Shown here in pieces: positions 45,180 to 55,058 of a stretch of 64,000 nt of DNA. Position numbers and translations under genes: made by a program. Each line of letters begins with the position of its first letter. Positions within the stretch are counted from its first letter, which is position 1. The notes beneath the pieces are model-generated. The model ran no database searches and was not told the origin of the DNA. It worked only from the letters and a program-made list of their open reading frames with translations. The stretch comes from a phage, in assembly GCA_025284135.1 (NCBI GenBank), contig GCA_025284135.1_3646.1; one strand, given 5' to 3'.

Positions 45180-48100
45180 ATGCTTCCAATCCCTTTGCTA
45201 AAACTTGGTCGTCATTTCCTCGATAAGAGGGGTGGAATTAAGGAACTTGCTGTTCTGTCATACCCAATAGACAACAGTGACGGTACAAGCACTACAGTAT
45301 CCTATGTAAACAGCTTGGCTATACTTTTTGACGATGGTCAACTTAATATTACGGGCTATAACAAGTTCGGGGAGTGTCGCACTGGGGATCGTAACCCTAT
45401 AAACTACCCGAGCGAAACAGCATGGAATGTTGATCATGTGTGGAGAGCAGACCGTGCGTTTGTGATCCGAACTTTTGATAATCAGTTTTTCTACATCGGC
45501 TGCACTGCAGGGCTTATTGGATCTGATGCTGCAGGTGGTAATGATGTTTGTGTAAGGGAGTGGACACCTCTTCCTGAACAGATTGTTAAAGGGTTGCACC
45601 TTGACACCCACCCGGAGCGCCTTGTTGAGGTGATGGGTGGTATTAACAACACTGTCTGGGTTATTGCAGAGGCAGAAGGCACAGGCATACTGAATCTGTA
45701 TGGGTCTGGTAACAACACCTACGGATCTTTGCATGTAGATAAAAATCAGCATGCAACCCCTGTAAAGATTGGTGAGACATCGGAAAATCCTGAAACAGGC
45801 CCTTGGAAAAACCCAAGCATTAACTGCGAGGTGCATGACAACTCTGTTATTTTCGGTGGTCCTAGAGGTTTCTGGATTGCTGGATACGACTTTCTGAGAA
45901 ATAACAGTAGAAACGACCTTGTTTGGCCTCCTGTGCAGATTACTCGTAACGATTTGAGAGGCATTCCTGCAGATGAGGAGTGGAAAGGGTTTATGTGTGG
46001 TCCTAACGGGGCAATAATCGCCACACAGAGGATGCACACACCCAATGACCAGCAGCTTGTTAACGTATTCTACGGGCAAGACGTCTGGGGAGATGACACA
46101 TGGCGTTCCTTAAATATCACCTACACCCATGAGGTGATAATGGCTCGTGGATACGGCACAAGTGGCATTTTCTTCAATAATGGCACTAAGCAGTATCGTG
46201 GATTCTCTCGCAACTTGTGCAATGATATTGGTGCACAATCTGCAAACAATAGCCCTAGGGCTAATTTTATCCACTATCGGGCTCTTGCTACAGCTAAATA
46301 TGTTGAGCAACGCCTGCCAGTTAGCTGGACAGAGAGTGTTTATTTCCAAGGCATTCACAGGGAAGGTTTCTTAGGAACCTTTACTGTTGTTAATGGCAAA
46401 CTTTGGTGGTCAGGCATCCCAAGGGGAAGTTTTGCAGGCTCTAACAACCTGTTTGGCGGCAGACTTAATAGTCAGGGGTTCACAGAGGTTCCTGAGAATT
46501 GGTATAAAAATGTCCCGGTAGATAGTTGGGGTGTTGATGATATTTTCGACGTTAACGGTGTTAGCAGCGTTAGCAATATTTACATTGGTGACACGGTCAA
46601 GATGAAATTGAAGCCTCAGCCAGAGGGGGCTACGTTCATTATTGACAAGATTGAACTGGTAAATGCTGCAGGCACGGTTGTTACAGATGCAAATTACCAA
46701 TTCTCCACCAACTGGAACCACGGCGGGGCCAACGAAGTTGTTGTTACCCAGTATAACAGAAATGTTAACAGACGTGGCCTGTACTCTGTAAAAATAACCT
46801 ATCATGACAAGCATGGCACAGGCAGAACTCACACAACAAGGACTTTGAACTGGAACACCATAGTTCCTGCGTATCCGTCCAACGGCAAGTGGCATACTGT
46901 CGGTAGAAACAAACAGTTCCATGTCAACAACACTGTATACTTTGGACTGAATGGGGCTCAGCCTGTAGTAGAAGGTGATACAGCATACATGGTCAGACTA
47001 CATAGAATGGATGCTGGATCAGCCACGTATGATGTTACCCAAGAGATTTATGATCAGCGACGAAATACTTACAACAACTTGGTGCAGACACAAGCTGTAT
47101 GGGAGTTCAATCCTAACGGCAGAGGTGGTAAAATGTTACAGGTTAACGAGCAAAACGGAACATCGTTGACTGTCCACGAACACCCAGACCCTTGGCGTGA
47201 TCCTGGAAAACCTAACCCAGGCGCTCGTACACTGAAAATTGTCAGCCATGATGTAGGATATTTCGGAATACGCTGGGAAGCTACAGTAAGATATGCCGAC
47301 GGGACGACAAACAATATTGGGATCACCCTTGGTGGCACTAGTGAGGATAACTCACTGAAAATTGCCTATACACCTAGAGGAATCTCTATTGATAGTATGG
47401 ATGTTGTTCGCAACGGTTACGGCGATGTGAATGTCAAAGTTACTCTTGGCGAACATCTTGGTGGGGAAAGGATCATCATGTATGCCTTTGATCATGACCC
47501 TCGCACCAATGGAACCTATGCAGACCAAGCATGGAGTTACCTGATAAGCGCACCTGAGCCAAATACTAAAGAATTCTACTATGGTATGAAACGAGATGTG
47601 TGCAAGAAAACAGGAACACATGACTGGATTGCTATCTGCGTTAAAGATGAACGAACAGCTTGGGATGAGCCTGTTAACAGATGGTTCATAGGAATTCCTG
47701 CCCGAAGTGATAAATATGTTGAAGAATATATTGTGTGCATGGGAGGCACCAACCTGAACTTGTGTTGGAACGAGGATGCAAACAAATACTCTGATTATGA
47801 CTATATGCGGGACTATTCTTGCAATCAGTGGTTTAACCAACCCGGATATGCTGATCGACAGGCAAGGGTGAATCCTGCAATCTTTACAGATACACAGGTT
47901 TTCTTGACAAAACAGGCTAACGAGGTTCAGACCTTCAAGAACAAATACGATCCTAACAAGTGGTTTTATAACTGTTATGGCGCATTTTTCTGGGGTCCTG
48001 GCGAACTACCTAATGGAGGATCTTGCTTCGAGGCTGCAACTTACGCCAGTGACAGGTTTATGGGGCAGGTTAAGAAGTACAAGATAATCCCCGGTCCTGA

Positions 48101-50804
48101 AACTCTGGGCAATGCCGTTGACCCTTATATCGTCATGACTGTGCTGAGATCAAACATGGATGGGACATCCATGTCTATGCAAGTTCCAGTAACAAACGGG
48201 TACAAACGTGTTGTGATGATCATTAAGTGCGACTTAATAGGTAAGCAAGTTCTTGCAGAAAACGGAACCTCAACACATTTATTCGAGACTGCTCTGCATT
48301 ATCAGTTTGCTGATTCACCTTTTGCAGGGGATAAGAGAATATCTGATACAGACAATGCTCGATGCAAGAAATTTATGCTTGGTGGTGGATGGTGGTGGTA
48401 TGAATTTGATTTAACAGACAAATTCACTGACACGTCTAAAGTGGTGACAGGGCTTCGTCTAGATCTTGGCGAAAACATGCACAAAAGTGTTTGTGATGGC
48501 ACCTACGGTGACCCAACAATCTACTTAAAGTATGTTTCTTTTGAGCACCCAGAGGATGTCGTTTATGGTCCAAAACTGAGACTGTTTGGCAATTGGATTG
48601 CTAAAGACAGGGCAGGTATGGGTAAAAAGGTAAGAGGGTTCTTAGTGGATGCAGGAACAGAAGACATGTTGGTTAATGCAGTGTGGCCTGAATTACCGGG
48701 AACTCAGTGGGACAACTCTGCTAAATCTATAAACTGGTTCAACATTCACAGAGCTATGTGGACAACTAACTGCTACCTGTGGAAAGAGTTGAATGACGGC
48801 GCTTTCGGGTTTACAGGTGGCAGAAGAATGGCAATCATCTGCTGGACAACGCTGCAAAGATGTTATGACCATGACTACGAGATTGGAGGTAGGGCATGGA
48901 AAAATATTAGAGATAGAATCATAACTAACTTCGCAGACCCTAATGGTGGTGGAGCGTATGGCTTCGACTGCAGCAGGCTCATCCATTTGAACGGGTCCTC
49001 TGCATATAAGAAAGAGGGTTACTCTGGGTCCATGATTGAGTGGGGTCTGGTGAAAGATGCTCGCGTATTGATGGGTCAACAACTTGCTGCTGCAATAGGA
49101 CCGAACGCAGTACAATCTGTTAAACCAGCGTGGTTCGATATCCCATTATGGTCCTCTGGAACACCAGGAACTGCTGTGATCAACCCTACCACTGGGGATC
49201 TGGAAATCTCTTGGGAGGACTTGAAGCAGGTCGGTGGTTGGGACAAAACAGGGTATCAGGTTCAATGGTGGAGGGCTGATGGATCTTTAGCCGCTGATGA
49301 GTTTGTTAGGGACAATTTCTACACCATGTCCTCTGCAAAAGCACAACAACTGTTCGGTCAGGCTACCCCGTCAACGATCACCATGTCCATGTGCTGTAAA
49401 GACAACAGGACTGGAGCTTTGGGGCCAAGGGTTGCTAAAGTTTTCTCAGGTATCAAATGGAATCTTCCTGTTCAAAGTGTTGCATGGAAGCAAATAGGTG
49501 ATAACAAGCTGCTGGTTACTCCTGCTTGTCAGTTCAACGCAACTCTTAACGTTGATCCTGCTGTTGCGGCAAACTCAGCTAAAGCTTCTGACTTCTCTGT
49601 GTCTAACACTGCTATGGCAGATGTGAGGAAGATTGACACGCTGAACGCCAGAATTACCTGTAAAAACACTTATGGCACATTCCAGATCATCAACAACTTC
49701 ACAGACGCGGACTCTAAGGTAGTGAGGACAGCAAGCCAGACTCTGAGTTTAGGAACTCTGGCCTATGCGGCCCTGATCACTGAACAGTCAGCAACACTCC
49801 AAGGGGGTGGTGTAGGCAAGTCCATTACAACACCTGTGTGGAAGCCAAATGAGTGGGTTGTGTTTGATTTGACTGTAGACTTCTCCAGCGATAATAACTG
49901 GACATGGGTAAGGAATTGTTTGTCACAGTTGATGGGCGGTCCAAGCTCCATTAGCGATAGTCACGACTCTACTGACCCGAGTGTGTTCCAGGTAGGCAAA
50001 ACTCACCCGGAGACTGGAGCAACGTTGCCTGACAGGAAGTATGCTTTGGTTTGCATCTCTTACGGGAAGGCAGATGTCACCTTCTCAGGGACACACACTT
50101 ATAACGGAACCTACAATTTCTCAAGGAAGTATAGTCTCAAAGCGGGAAACATTGTAGACGAGGTTGGTGTGCTGTATAATCCTGGCAACGGCATAGGGAT
50201 TGTGGGTGGTAAACTGCAGATGCAGGAACCTTCTATTACCCCTTCCAATGTGTCTGGGATTAGAAAGACTTGGGAAAGCAGTAATACCAACATTGCAACA
50301 GTGGATGCTACCACAGGGCTGGTAACATTTAAAGCTACTGGGAATGTCACCATAAAGTTTGTAGTTACTGATGATGCAGGGCGCAAAACGTCTTCAACAT
50401 CGTTTACTGTCAGACAGATGGCACCTCAGTGGTTTATTTGGGAAGGAAATCCTCTTGACGGGACTTACCCTAGACCTGCAGGAACGTCCAATATGAGGGT
50501 CTTTACCGGTCCGGTCATGGACAATCCGACCACAACCACCAACCCTACATTTTTTGGTGCTTACATACCTGAAATTATTGGCCTACCAAGGAACCAGATA
50601 CAACTGCTTTTCGGAGCAGGTGTTGATGGCCTAGCCACTTTTGGGTACAGTGACAACATCGATGCAGCCAGAAGCTCGGGTTGGATTGGATTTAAGTTCC
50701 AGTGGAACCCTGGTGGTAGAACATTAGGTCTTGCAAGCATAGGTGTTATGCTACCTGGTAACCAGCAATACCATCTCGAAGCTTATACAAACTTCCCTAG
50801 TTAA
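45180..50804 (+). CDS. giant virion-associated protein (1874 aa) with C-terminal bacterial Ig-like (Big_2-type) domain
   Basis: Single uninterrupted ORF; C-terminal ITPSNVSGIRKTWESSNTNIATVDATTGLVTFKATGNVTIKFVVTDDAGRKTSSTSFTV matches Big_2 pattern; ends at a bidirectional terminator. Confidence 0.55.
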   Translation: MLPIPLLKLGRHFLDKRGGIKELAVLSYPIDNSDGTSTTVSYVNSLAILFDDGQLNITGYNKFGECRTGDRNPINYPSETAWNVDHVWRADRAFVIRTFDNQFFYIGCTAGLIGSDAAGGNDVCVREWTPLPEQIVKGLHLDTHPERLVEVMGGINNTVWVIAEAEGTGILNLYGSGNNTYGSLHVDKNQHATPVKIGETSENPETGPWKNPSINCEVHDNSVIFGGPRGFWIAGYDFLRNNSRNDLVWPPVQITRNDLRGIPADEEWKGFMCGPNGAIIATQRMHTPNDQQLVNVFYGQDVWGDDTWRSLNITYTHEVIMARGYGTSGIFFNNGTKQYRGFSRNLCNDIGAQSANNSPRANFIHYRALATAKYVEQRLPVSWTESVYFQGIHREGFLGTFTVVNGKLWWSGIPRGSFAGSNNLFGGRLNSQGFTEVPENWYKNVPVDSWGVDDIFDVNGVSSVSNIYIGDTVKMKLKPQPEGATFIIDKIELVNAAGTVVTDANYQFSTNWNHGGANEVVVTQYNRNVNRRGLYSVKITYHDKHGTGRTHTTRTLNWNTIVPAYPSNGKWHTVGRNKQFHVNNTVYFGLNGAQPVVEGDTAYMVRLHRMDAGSATYDVTQEIYDQRRNTYNNLVQTQAVWEFNPNGRGGKMLQVNEQNGTSLTVHEHPDPWRDPGKPNPGARTLKIVSHDVGYFGIRWEATVRYADGTTNNIGITLGGTSEDNSLKIAYTPRGISIDSMDVVRNGYGDVNVKVTLGEHLGGERIIMYAFDHDPRTNGTYADQAWSYLISAPEPNTKEFYYGMKRDVCKKTGTHDWIAICVKDERTAWDEPVNRWFIGIPARSDKYVEEYIVCMGGTNLNLCWNEDANKYSDYDYMRDYSCNQWFNQPGYADRQARVNPAIFTDTQVFLTKQANEVQTFKNKYDPNKWFYNCYGAFFWGPGELPNGGSCFEAATYASDRFMGQVKKYKIIPGPETLGNAVDPYIVMTVLRSNMDGTSMSMQVPVTNGYKRVVMIIKCDLIGKQVLAENGTSTHLFETALHYQFADSPFAGDKRISDTDNARCKKFMLGGGWWWYEFDLTDKFTDTSKVVTGLRLDLGENMHKSVCDGTYGDPTIYLKYVSFEHPEDVVYGPKLRLFGNWIAKDRAGMGKKVRGFLVDAGTEDMLVNAVWPELPGTQWDNSAKSINWFNIHRAMWTTNCYLWKELNDGAFGFTGGRRMAIICWTTLQRCYDHDYEIGGRAWKNIRDRIITNFADPNGGGAYGFDCSRLIHLNGSSAYKKEGYSGSMIEWGLVKDARVLMGQQLAAAIGPNAVQSVKPAWFDIPLWSSGTPGTAVINPTTGDLEISWEDLKQVGGWDKTGYQVQWWRADGSLAADEFVRDNFYTMSSAKAQQLFGQATPSTITMSMCCKDNRTGALGPRVAKVFSGIKWNLPVQSVAWKQIGDNKLLVTPACQFNATLNVDPAVAANSAKASDFSVSNTAMADVRKIDTLNARITCKNTYGTFQIINNFTDADSKVVRTASQTLSLGTLAYAALITEQSATLQGGGVGKSITTPVWKPNEWVVFDLTVDFSSDNNWTWVRNCLSQLMGGPSSISDSHDSTDPSVFQVGKTHPETGATLPDRKYALVCISYGKADVTFSGTHTYNGTYNFSRKYSLKAGNIVDEVGVLYNPGNGIGIVGGKLQMQEPSITPSNVSGIRKTWESSNTNIATVDATTGLVTFKATGNVTIKFVVTDDAGRKTSSTSFTVRQMAPQWFIWEGNPLDGTYPRPAGTSNMRVFTGPVMDNPTTTTNPTFFGAYIPEIIGLPRNQIQLLFGAGVDGLATFGYSDNIDAARSSGWIGFKFQWNPGGRTLGLASIGVMLPGNQQYHLEAYTNFPS

Positions 50805-50817
50805 CAGGAGGCAAATA

Positions 50818-50848
50818 AAAAGGGGCCGTTTGGCCCCTTTCTTTTTAT
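50818..50848. terminator. bidirectional rho-independent terminator between convergent transcription units
   Basis: AAAAAGGGGCC-GTTT-GGCCCCTTTCTTTTT; symmetric A/T flanks. Confidence 0.75.
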
Positions 50849-50850
50849 AA

Positions 50851-51051
50851 TTAGTAATATTCCCAACACGACCCATCTTCAGACGGCTGGACACGCTTAC
50901 CTTCATGATCGACATAGGTGTAACCACAGCCTTCACAGATAACAGGTGCCGCGTAACCTTCCTTCCACTGCTTCTCCGTGATCAGTCCTTTCAGATCTCC
51001 GCAGTCACGACCAAACAACTCTTCAGAGCAATCTTTACAAAAATCAGCCAT
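50851..51051 (-). CDS. small Cys-rich zinc-ribbon-like protein (66 aa)
   Basis: CKDC...C...CEGCGY...C pattern. Confidence 0.45.
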   Translation of the reverse strand: MADFCKDCSEELFGRDCGDLKGLITEKQWKEGYAAPVICEGCGYTYVDHEGKRVQPSEDGSCWEYY

Positions 51052-51054
51052 TTC

Positions 51055-51462
51055 TCAGTCCTCGCATTTAACAAATTTTTCTACAGATCCGCCAAGCACA
51101 GCTTGTTGCTTGATGGCACTTCCTTCATCATAGTGGATAGATTTATGCTCCGTTCCACCAAACTTCCCTGTGTGGAAGGTGTGCACCCAAATCTCTTTGG
51201 GAAGGGATTTATTCTCTTCTTCCACCAACTCCCACATTCCCCATAGGTGATCTGTGATATCTCTGATGAAATATCCCTCGCCGAGGTTTGTATTCACACT
51301 ATAGGCCGATTCGTGAACTGGGTGAGTATAACGGAAGGCAGTGTACTCTTTTCCCGGTGTGAAGTGGGTATCCATTAGTATAGCTGTTAAAGAATAAGGG
51401 TCTCGAAAGCCCAAGAACTTTAGTTTAACAATTTCGACATTCACACTTGCAAGATTCTCCAT
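51055..51462 (-). CDS. hypothetical protein, His-rich (135 aa)
   Basis: Strong RBS GAGGAG; own promoter-like TTGACA upstream on minus strand. Confidence 0.45.
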   Translation of the reverse strand: MENLASVNVEIVKLKFLGFRDPYSLTAILMDTHFTPGKEYTAFRYTHPVHESAYSVNTNLGEGYFIRDITDHLWGMWELVEEENKSLPKEIWVHTFHTGKFGGTEHKSIHYDEGSAIKQQAVLGGSVEKFVKCED

Positions 51463-51625
51463 GACAGTCTCCTCTGTTCGGTTGGTGAGATAATCCTATA
51501 CAAATCTGGTATTGGTGTCAAGCTTAATTTTAAGAGATCTGAGATGGTATTTTATTCAGGAAGGCAATCGCACAGGGTGTGGCAATTTATGAAGGCACAG
51601 GCCTCTTTTGAGGCCTTAAAATCGA

Positions 51626-52006
51626 TTATGACACTTTGACGTAGCGCTCTGACAGAGCTGGAAAGCCAAAAGCAGTACCTATACTGCCGTATGCTACCCA
51701 CCATTGAAGTTCATCGTGACACCATTTTCCGATCAGGAAGATGCTGGGGTATCGGGTCAGTATTTTGGCATAAGCTTTAGGGTCTGCATCTTCTGGGATA
51801 ATGATACTTGGAACATCTTTGTTATGACCACAGCAGCAGTTTAGAGTTTTCAATCCTGCCGCCCATAGACTCATGATAGGCTTAGCCATGCACTTATCAA
51901 GGCACACACGTTTTTTGCCGTCACGGAGCTTTTTAGGCACATCAACGATAACATTTTGATGCTTGGCACCTTTCACTTTCCAATTATAGGATTTACACTT
52001 GCACAT
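51626..52006 (-). CDS. Cys-rich putative zinc-binding protein (126 aa)
   Basis: CKCK, CLDKC, NCCCGHN, WCHDE Cys/His clusters. Confidence 0.45.
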   Translation of the reverse strand: MCKCKSYNWKVKGAKHQNVIVDVPKKLRDGKKRVCLDKCMAKPIMSLWAAGLKTLNCCCGHNKDVPSIIIPEDADPKAYAKILTRYPSIFLIGKWCHDELQWWVAYGSIGTAFGFPALSERYVKVS

Positions 52007-52203
52007 TTAATCAGTCTCCATCTAGAAAGCAATACTTTACTTAAAATCTTTGTCACCTATTACGATTGCACGAATCCACTCATTGTGATGTTCGATGGCG
52101 GTAAGGTGCAACATAATGCAGTGATTGTCATTACCAAACACGGTGCGGTAAGCTTTAGCAGCACCATGATATAACTTCCACATCAGGTAATGATATCTTC
52201 GCC

Positions 52204-52683
52204 TCATGGCTCTTTCTCCGGTTCAGGATCTGGGTAATCTTCAATAATAAAAGGCCATCCATTACGCTTTGCTTCAGACTTATACTTAATCTCCTTCATT
52301 GCAAACTCTAATTGATTCTTAGCCGGAATACATGCCGGAGAATCATCAATCCAGATATCTGGGTAGATATCAAACTGCGCCAGATAGGCTGCCTTCTGAA
52401 CACCTCCAGTATAAAACACACCAACATCAAGCTCCTTGCGCCAATACTCAATGTCTACATTGTCTTGAGTAATGAATCGGAAAGTCACAAGGTAGACTGC
52501 CCACCCCTCCTTCTTCAGATCTCTGATCAGGCGGGAGAAGATGAAAGGACTCGCATTAAATGTTCCATCAAAGTCAATGGCAATGATGTGCGTTCCGTGG
52601 CGAGTCTCATATGGATTGCTTGTGGTAAGATTGCTGTAGTTAAAAGGGACCTCTTCCCCGCAGTAGCTGTAGTCCATATTCAC
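52204..52683 (-). CDS. HAD-superfamily phosphatase (nucleotidase-like)
   Basis: HAD motif I IAIDFDGTF, motif II LVTFR, motif IV IWIDDSP. Confidence 0.6.
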   Translation of the reverse strand: MNMDYSYCGEEVPFNYSNLTTSNPYETRHGTHIIAIDFDGTFNASPFIFSRLIRDLKKEGWAVYLVTFRFITQDNVDIEYWRKELDVGVFYTGGVQKAAYLAQFDIYPDIWIDDSPACIPAKNQLEFAMKEIKYKSEAKRNGWPFIIEDYPDPEPEKEP

Positions 52684-52955
52684 ACCTTCTCGTTGATAAA
52701 TTTACGGGCGGTTTGGTGAGTTGTTTCTGCTGTCTTCAGAATGATATTAATTTTATCGTCAAGATCATTCATCTCAGCAGTTAATTCAGGAATCTCCCCG
52801 GCATGCATGGTGAAATCATACATAGACATGCCCAGGATCTCATTGATTCGGCGGTTGCATTCTGCAGCACGTTGGTTCATTTTCCAAGCTAACACCAGAG
52901 CCTCTTGCGTAGCCTCCAGTGCAAAGTCTAATACGTCGGCTTCTTCTTTCGTCAT
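52680..52955 (-). CDS. hypothetical protein (91 aa)
   Basis: ORF with overlapping stop/start to neighbour. Confidence 0.4.
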   Translation of the reverse strand: MTKEEADVLDFALEATQEALVLAWKMNQRAAECNRRINEILGMSMYDFTMHAGEIPELTAEMNDLDDKINIILKTAETTHQTARKFINEKV

Positions 52956-53010
52956 CTCAGTCTCTCTTGTTGTATTGTTAGTAGGTGCATGAACACCTTA
53001 TATCTTACTT

Positions 53011-53577
53011 TTATTCAAACTGCAATAGCAAGTCCACCACCGCACTAGGCCTGTCAACAAATTCCCCAGGCCCACATGCCCATAGAGGGTATCCATCAAC
53101 ATACCGCCATATCCAACCTGCAGTGTGAAGTTCAAGCAGGGCAGTGCCGTCCTTACTGTCAACCACCCTTTCCCACAGTGTTGGGCAGCGAAGCTTGAGA
53201 ATCGGGTCCCCGCCCTTATACCCATCCATGTAGATACCCATTGCAAAGTTCAGCATCATCTTTTTGTGCACTGATCTCTTATTGAGAGTGCTCATCACTT
53301 CCTCTTTGTGAATGTTTGTAAGCTTCTCTCTGGCTACCCGCAGATCGTTGCAACCATTGTTCAGAAGATCTTCCAGGCACTTGATCCGAAGGTCGTGAAT
53401 GTCTTTGTCGTGTACCGTTGGCACAGGGTCGTAGCGGTATAGCACTGTTGATACAAGATTGCTCGGGTGTGGGTCTGACAGCAACCCATAACCCCAATAC
53501 TCTTCTGTATCTGAAAGGACAAGACACCCAATATCTCTGTCAAGCTTTCCTGTGTTGTAAGCCACATTGACAGCCAT
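53011..53577 (-). CDS. hypothetical protein (188 aa)
   Basis: ORF in tightly packed minus-strand operon. Confidence 0.45.
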   Translation of the reverse strand: MAVNVAYNTGKLDRDIGCLVLSDTEEYWGYGLLSDPHPSNLVSTVLYRYDPVPTVHDKDIHDLRIKCLEDLLNNGCNDLRVAREKLTNIHKEEVMSTLNKRSVHKKMMLNFAMGIYMDGYKGGDPILKLRCPTLWERVVDSKDGTALLELHTAGWIWRYVDGYPLWACGPGEFVDRPSAVVDLLLQFE

Positions 53578-53579
53578 GG

Positions 53580-53825
53580 CTATAGCTCCACTAGCAAAGT
53601 GCTTTCAAAGTGCCGTTCATGCAAACCGTTGTAAGGGACCACTTCTACAACGCCATCACGGACATATGGGGCCATCATGGTGGTATAATCTCCAAACGGG
53701 TTGGTATTGTCACTAACCACAACCACCTTCTGCCCTTCCTTGGCAGAGTGCCAAATAGATCTGCACTTCATCAGGTGTTCGAGAGCTCCAGGTAAAATTT
53801 TGTTACGTTCTTTACGGGTCTTCAT
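53580..53825 (-). CDS. hypothetical protein (81 aa)
   Basis: ORF, operon context. Confidence 0.4.
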   Translation of the reverse strand: MKTRKERNKILPGALEHLMKCRSIWHSAKEGQKVVVVSDNTNPFGDYTTMMAPYVRDGVVEVVPYNGLHERHFESTLLVEL

Positions 53826-54271
53826 AACAGATATAGCTCCTTATGAAAGTGGTCTTTTAATTTCTCACTGAGAAACTTCTTGATACCTTCCTCTAAAGTG
53901 TTTTCGATGTAGTCCAGCTTAACTGCCTCGATGGACATATCATAGATCGCCAGCTCTAAGCTGTCAAGTCCCATCATAGCATGAACCATAAGATTTTCAT
54001 CTTCAGATACATTCAGGGGACTCCCTATAACATCTGTAGGTAGGATAGTTTCCCAATTATTCTGGGGGGTAGTTCTCCCGCCATCCACTTTACGGCGCAG
54101 TTCGAAGGTGTTTTTAGTGTAGAACACTTCATAGGAAACGATACGACTGTCGCTCTCATAATAAACGAAGTTCAGGTAGGAGCCTAGCCGCAGTCGGCAA
54201 ACTTCTACCCCAAACCATTGTTTCTTATAAGAATTCAGGCTAATGCTGTCGCATTCACGCTTGCTCAACAC
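53822..54271 (-). CDS. hypothetical protein (149 aa)
   Basis: ORF, operon context. Confidence 0.45.
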   Translation of the reverse strand: MLSKRECDSISLNSYKKQWFGVEVCRLRLGSYLNFVYYESDSRIVSYEVFYTKNTFELRRKVDGGRTTPQNNWETILPTDVIGSPLNVSEDENLMVHAMMGLDSLELAIYDMSIEAVKLDYIENTLEEGIKKFLSEKLKDHFHKELYLL

Positions 54272-54287
54272 GGCTATCTCCTTTTTG

Positions 54288-54521
54288 TTAATCTTCGTAA
54301 ATCAGGATTTCTGCTTTAGGTTTTCGTGCTTTCAGGTCCAGCTCTATCCAGTGCACCATAGCTGTTTCAAGAAAAACAGCTTGGATGCATCCGTCCTCAG
54401 CGTGCCCCACCAACATAACAAGATCTTCACATTCGTCATCTGCATCACGAACATACAGAATCTCTCCAGATTCAAAGTCTTTCACAACCTGATTGCTGGA
54501 TAATTTACGAATTTTTGCCAT
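54288..54521 (-). CDS. hypothetical protein (77 aa)
   Basis: ORF, operon context. Confidence 0.4.
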   Translation of the reverse strand: MAKIRKLSSNQVVKDFESGEILYVRDADDECEDLVMLVGHAEDGCIQAVFLETAMVHWIELDLKARKPKAEILIYED

Positions 54522-54522
54522 A

Positions 54523-54786
54523 TCAGAAACCCTCTAAAAAGCTCTTGTAGAAAATAATTTCAGTGTCCACACCTGTCACGATCTTATCGTTTCGGATCTC
54601 ATCTGTGAGGTAGGTATCGAAACGTAGTACTTGTGTGGTATTGTCACACATCCACTCAGCTGTGACCATTGCGAAAATCTTAGCATCTTCATTATCTGGT
54701 GTGAATGTTACCACCTCGCCGCACTTAAACTTTTCGATAGGTTGAGTGTTAGCTTTCGGTTCTGCGATAGTGATTTTCGTGGTCAT
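54523..54786 (-). CDS. hypothetical protein (87 aa)
   Basis: ORF, operon context. Confidence 0.4.
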   Translation of the reverse strand: MTTKITIAEPKANTQPIEKFKCGEVVTFTPDNEDAKIFAMVTAEWMCDNTTQVLRFDTYLTDEIRNDKIVTGVDTEIIFYKSFLEGF

Positions 54787-55052
54787 TACTCTTCCTCCAT
54801 AGTTTCACCAAATACTTCGATACGAGCATCGAGCTCGGTTGCTTTCAGCTCCCCAACAAAATCTTTTAGTTCTTTCTCGTCCAGATCGTAAGCCCACACA
54901 CAAGAAGAACATGCAGATTTCACAATCAGCAGAGTAGATACCTGTCCTGACTCTGTAATCAGGCTCACAACAGTTCCCACAGGGAACGTGTTGAGAGCTT
55001 TTTTAACCGGGCGCTCAGCTTTAATTACTACCTCTGTTGCCATAAATAACAC
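54786..55052 (-). CDS. hypothetical protein (88 aa)
   Basis: ORF, operon context. Confidence 0.4.
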   Translation of the reverse strand: MLFMATEVVIKAERPVKKALNTFPVGTVVSLITESGQVSTLLIVKSACSSCVWAYDLDEKELKDFVGELKATELDARIEVFGETMEEE

Positions 55053-55058
55053 CCTTTC

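Noticed and set aside
45258-46079. 273-aa minus-strand ORF (and many shorter antisense ORFs between 45.2 and 50.4 kb)
   Set aside because: Antisense to the uninterrupted 1874-aa plus-strand ORF; no RBS, and they fit the shadow-ORF pattern of a long gene.
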